Origin: Methanothermococcus sp. SCGC AD-155-E23
GTDB taxonomy: Archaea; AGJL01; Methanococci; Methanococcales; Methanococcaceae
Assembly (NCBI GenBank): GCA_019561615.1
Contig: JAHEQA010000036.1
Span: 1 to 64,000, forward strand
Length of the DNA: 64,000 nucleotides
Direction: 5' to 3'
Shown: in pieces, positions 61,422 to 64,000 of the stretch
Numbering within the stretch: the stretch's first letter is position 1
Layout: each line of letters opens with the position of its first letter
Made by a program: the position numbers and the translations under genes
The notes under the pieces: model-generated
What the model was told of the DNA's origin: nothing
The model's input: the letters and a program-made list of their open reading frames with translations, nothing else
The model's database searches: none

Positions 61422-62570
61422 TTAATGGGTTTCCCCCCTATACCTCTGGGCCTTCACCGCCTCCTTAACACCTTCCTCATCCAACCTATACAACTCCCTG
61501 TAAAGTTTAACCTCCTCCTTATCAGGATCTATATCTGTAAATTTCTCGGGATAGAGAGTCTTGGCCTCCCTAAGTAACCCTATTGGAAACTCCACTGTAG
61601 CCCTCCACTCTGTTATTCCCAAACTTCCAACCTTCCTCTCCTTTATAGCTTTAACATTCTGTAACAACTTCCAATTTAGGAAGATATTCTTTCCAGCGTA
61701 TATCTCCTCTGGACTTATATACCCCTCATGTCCAAGTGCTATTATGGCATCTGGATTCAACCTTAAGATCTCCTCTGGAGAGGTTTTAATCCACCTACCA
61801 CTTTCAAGGACGTTCTTCCCATGGACTATATCCTCTAAGAAGTAGGACTGGATGGTCTGGGCACCTAACATATAGTCAGGAGTTGCATAGAGTAGAACCC
61901 TAGGTCTCTTATCCTCTGGAATATCTTTTGTCCTATTTCTGATCAACTCTACATACCTGTTGAGATAGTTTATTAGATCCTCTGCCTCCTTCTCCCTGTT
62001 AAATATCTTTCCCAGTATCTCTATCTCCTGCCATACAGTCTTTACATTGGGCTTGTCGTAGGATGTTGGGTGCAAAAGTACCACCACTGGAATGCCCATC
62101 TCACTTAACCTATCTACTATCTCCCCATATCTCTGCTCCCTCTCCCTGTTAGTTGAAAAGGCTCTTATTATTACAACATCTGGCTTCATTGCCATGATGG
62201 CCTCGTAGTTCAAGCCCTTGGATGTACTTCCAACATCTGGTATACTCTCTATCCTTGGACATACAACCTTTAGAAATACATTCTTCTTTTGGGAGTTGTC
62301 CACTCCAACTACCTTGTCATCTATGCCCCAGATTCTCATTACCTTCAAATAGGTTCCAGTGAAGTCAAGTAAGACAACTTTGTTAATAACATCTCTTCTG
62401 ATTTTAACATCCCTGCCCCACATGTCTTTAACAGTGATGTACTCCTCCTTCTCACCACTTGATGGGAGGGTATTTTTACCAGACGTCTGTTCTGAGAGGC
62501 AGCCACTGAGGGTTATCGTAAGTACTAACATAGTGGAGAGTAATAATATTCCCAGCTTTTTTAAATCCAA
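61422..62570 (-). CDS. iron-chelate/cobalamin-type ABC substrate-binding lipoprotein
   Basis: Lipobox LSGC, TVKDMWGRDV, E-I----PD and LQNVKAIK. Probable TTG start at 62570 after AGGTGAT. Confidence 0.87.
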   Translation of the reverse strand: MDLKKLGILLLSTMLVLTITLSGCLSEQTSGKNTLPSSGEKEEYITVKDMWGRDVKIRRDVINKVVLLDFTGTYLKVMRIWGIDDKVVGVDNSQKKNVFLKVVCPRIESIPDVGSTSKGLNYEAIMAMKPDVVIIRAFSTNREREQRYGEIVDRLSEMGIPVVVLLHPTSYDKPNVKTVWQEIEILGKIFNREKEAEDLINYLNRYVELIRNRTKDIPEDKRPRVLLYATPDYMLGAQTIQSYFLEDIVHGKNVLESGRWIKTSPEEILRLNPDAIIALGHEGYISPEEIYAGKNIFLNWKLLQNVKAIKERKVGSLGITEWRATVEFPIGLLREAKTLYPEKFTDIDPDKEEVKLYRELYRLDEEGVKEAVKAQRYRGETH

Positions 62571-62604
62571 AGTATCACCTTTTACCAATTTTTTATGCTT
62601 TTTT

Positions 62605-62653
62605 TAATACTAATGGAGAAATTTGTAATACTATACAAAAATATAAACTTTTC
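62605..62653 (-). promoter_or_regulatory. promoter of the metal-chelate ABC operon with a candidate operator
   Basis: Minus-strand GAAAAG-TTTATAT (BRE/TATA). Directly downstream lie the inverted repeat TTTGTA-N6-TACAAA (62622-62639) and a TAATACTA direct repeat (62605, 62626). Confidence 0.45.
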
Positions 62654-62693
62654 TACTTTTAATAAGAAATGGAAAAATTAAAAAAGGGATCCT

Positions 62694-63389
62694 ATGGAAC
62701 CAGTGGTAATTCTGGTAAACCCCAAGTACAGTGGGAACGTTGGAGCAATTGCCAGATGTATGAAGAACTTCGAAGTAAGGGAGTTAAGAATAGTGGGGGA
62801 CAAAAGTATATTGGATAAGGAGGCCTATATAAGGGCGGTACATGCCAAGGATATACTGGACAGGGCACTGTTCTACAACTCCCTGGAGGAGGCTATTGAG
62901 GATATAGACCTGGTGGTAGGTACCTCGGGGGTTGTGTCTGGAGATAGAAATCTAAAAAGAGTCCCTATTACACCTAGGGAGTTGGCAGAGAAACACCTAG
63001 ATCTAAGGGGTAAGATGGGGTTGGTATTTGGGAGGGAGGACGATGGATTAAGTAACAGGGAACTTGACCTCTGCGATATCTTCCTCTCCATCCCCACCTC
63101 TCCAGAGTACCCTGTAATGAACCTCTCCCATGCAGTGGCCATAATACTCTACGAGTTGTACCTCTCAAAACTTGAAAAACCCTTCCCTGTAAAGATGAGG
63201 GAGGCCTCAAAACTTGAGAAGGATATACTTATAAAGTTATTTGAAGAGTTTGTAGACGCCAATAAAAATATCCCAGAGTATAGAAAAGAGCTCTGTAAAA
63301 TAGTCTTTAGGAGGATTGTAAGTAGGGCCTTTATCAGTGGTAAGGAGGCAAATACCCTCATGTGCGCCTTTAGAGTTAAAAAAGAATAA
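62694..63389 (+). CDS. trmJ: SPOUT tRNA 2'-O-methyltransferase, TrmJ family
   Basis: P-YSGNVGAIARCMKNF, VGTS, VFGREDDGL and YPVMNLSHAV. Confidence 0.9.
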   Translation: MEPVVILVNPKYSGNVGAIARCMKNFEVRELRIVGDKSILDKEAYIRAVHAKDILDRALFYNSLEEAIEDIDLVVGTSGVVSGDRNLKRVPITPRELAEKHLDLRGKMGLVFGREDDGLSNRELDLCDIFLSIPTSPEYPVMNLSHAVAIILYELYLSKLEKPFPVKMREASKLEKDILIKLFEEFVDANKNIPEYRKELCKIVFRRIVSRAFISGKEANTLMCAFRVKKE

Positions 63390-63392
63390 AAA

Positions 63393-63788
63393 TTACTTAC
63401 CAATAACCCTAGTTATCTTGTATCTCCCAACTGCCTCTATGTACTCCACCTCTACACCACTCTCAAGTCCCTCTACATCCTCAGGAATTGGGAGTTCCAA
63501 GGTTTCATAGGTCTCCAGATCCATTATCTGTACTGTATCTCCCATTACCGCCAGAACCTGTCCCTTCCTCCTGTCTATAATAGGTACCTCTACCTTTGAA
63601 GATGTTGGACCTACCAACTCCTTCTTAATGGGCTCGAAGATACCTATTGCAGTGACCCTTGCCTTGGCCCCTCCATGTTTCCCTGGTTTTGACTTTGTAA
63701 TACTTACTATCTTACAGGGAACGTCGTCTATCATTATGTACTGCCCCTCCTTTAGAGAACCTAACTCCACAGGTTTTGTCCCTGGCAC
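63393..63788 (-). CDS. eif5a: translation factor aIF5A
   Basis: SKPGKHGGAK hypusine motif. GTG start after an AGGTGA RBS. Confidence 0.96.
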   Translation of the reverse strand: MPGTKPVELGSLKEGQYIMIDDVPCKIVSITKSKPGKHGGAKARVTAIGIFEPIKKELVGPTSSKVEVPIIDRRKGQVLAVMGDTVQIMDLETYETLELPIPEDVEGLESGVEVEYIEAVGRYKITRVIGK

Positions 63789-63917
63789 TCTCTCACCTTT
63801 TTTACTTGGTAATAAATACTCATAGTTAAAAGGGGTGTAGTATAAAAACCTTTGCCCATATTAGATTTATAGGAGTATTGCTAATTCCAGTCTTAAAGTA
63901 ATTATAGATGGGATAGG

Positions 63918-64000
63918 ATGAATAAGGAGCAACTTATGGAACTTCACCAGTTCTTTGTTCACGTCTATAAGGAGTTAGTACCTGAGGATTACAACTGTCC
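63918..64000 (+). CDS. 5' fragment of a UPF0058-like protein, truncated by the window edge
   Basis: Translates MNKEQLMELHQFFVHVYKELVPEDYNC, similar to [11 protein letters not shown] of 24080-24397. Preceded by a GGGATAGG RBS. Confidence 0.65.
   Translation, partial: MNKEQLMELHQFFVHVYKELVPEDYNC

Overview
This is a gene-dense chromosomal segment from a thermophilic methanogenic archaeon of the order Methanococcales. The assignment is inferred from GGTGA-type ribosome-binding sites (RBSs), BRE/TATA promoters, methanogenesis marker 15, Fae-Hps, ArcS/TgtA, GatD, Hef, RadA and NrpR operators. Most of the window is housekeeping: tRNA maturation and modification, purine, mevalonate, cobalamin and riboflavin biosynthesis, GlnA, HypF and three ABC transporter operons. 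Non-coding features are tRNA-Ser(GCT), the 5' fragment of a tRNA (probably Val) at the left edge, and a dual-guide box C/D sRNA at about 23553-23612. The clearest accessory region is a defence-like module at 51635-58107: a PLD(HKD)-nuclease/SF2-helicase gene followed by an Eco57I-like N6-adenine methyltransferase with an AT-rich specificity region. The nuclease-helicase gene is split at AGG GAG UUU UUU UGA, which matches the layout of the bacterial prfB +1 programmed frameshift. It could be recoding, a phase-variable T7 tract or an assembly error. Other points of interest are an alkaline phosphatase with a C-terminal dockerin and an upstream palindrome, an NrpR operator on the liv operon, a DUF505 protein made of repeated winged-helix-like units, a HypF-coupled HypE/PurM-fold protein lacking the PRIC cysteine, and a YknWXYZ-like exporter. 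All product calls come from motif recognition by eye; no database searches were run.
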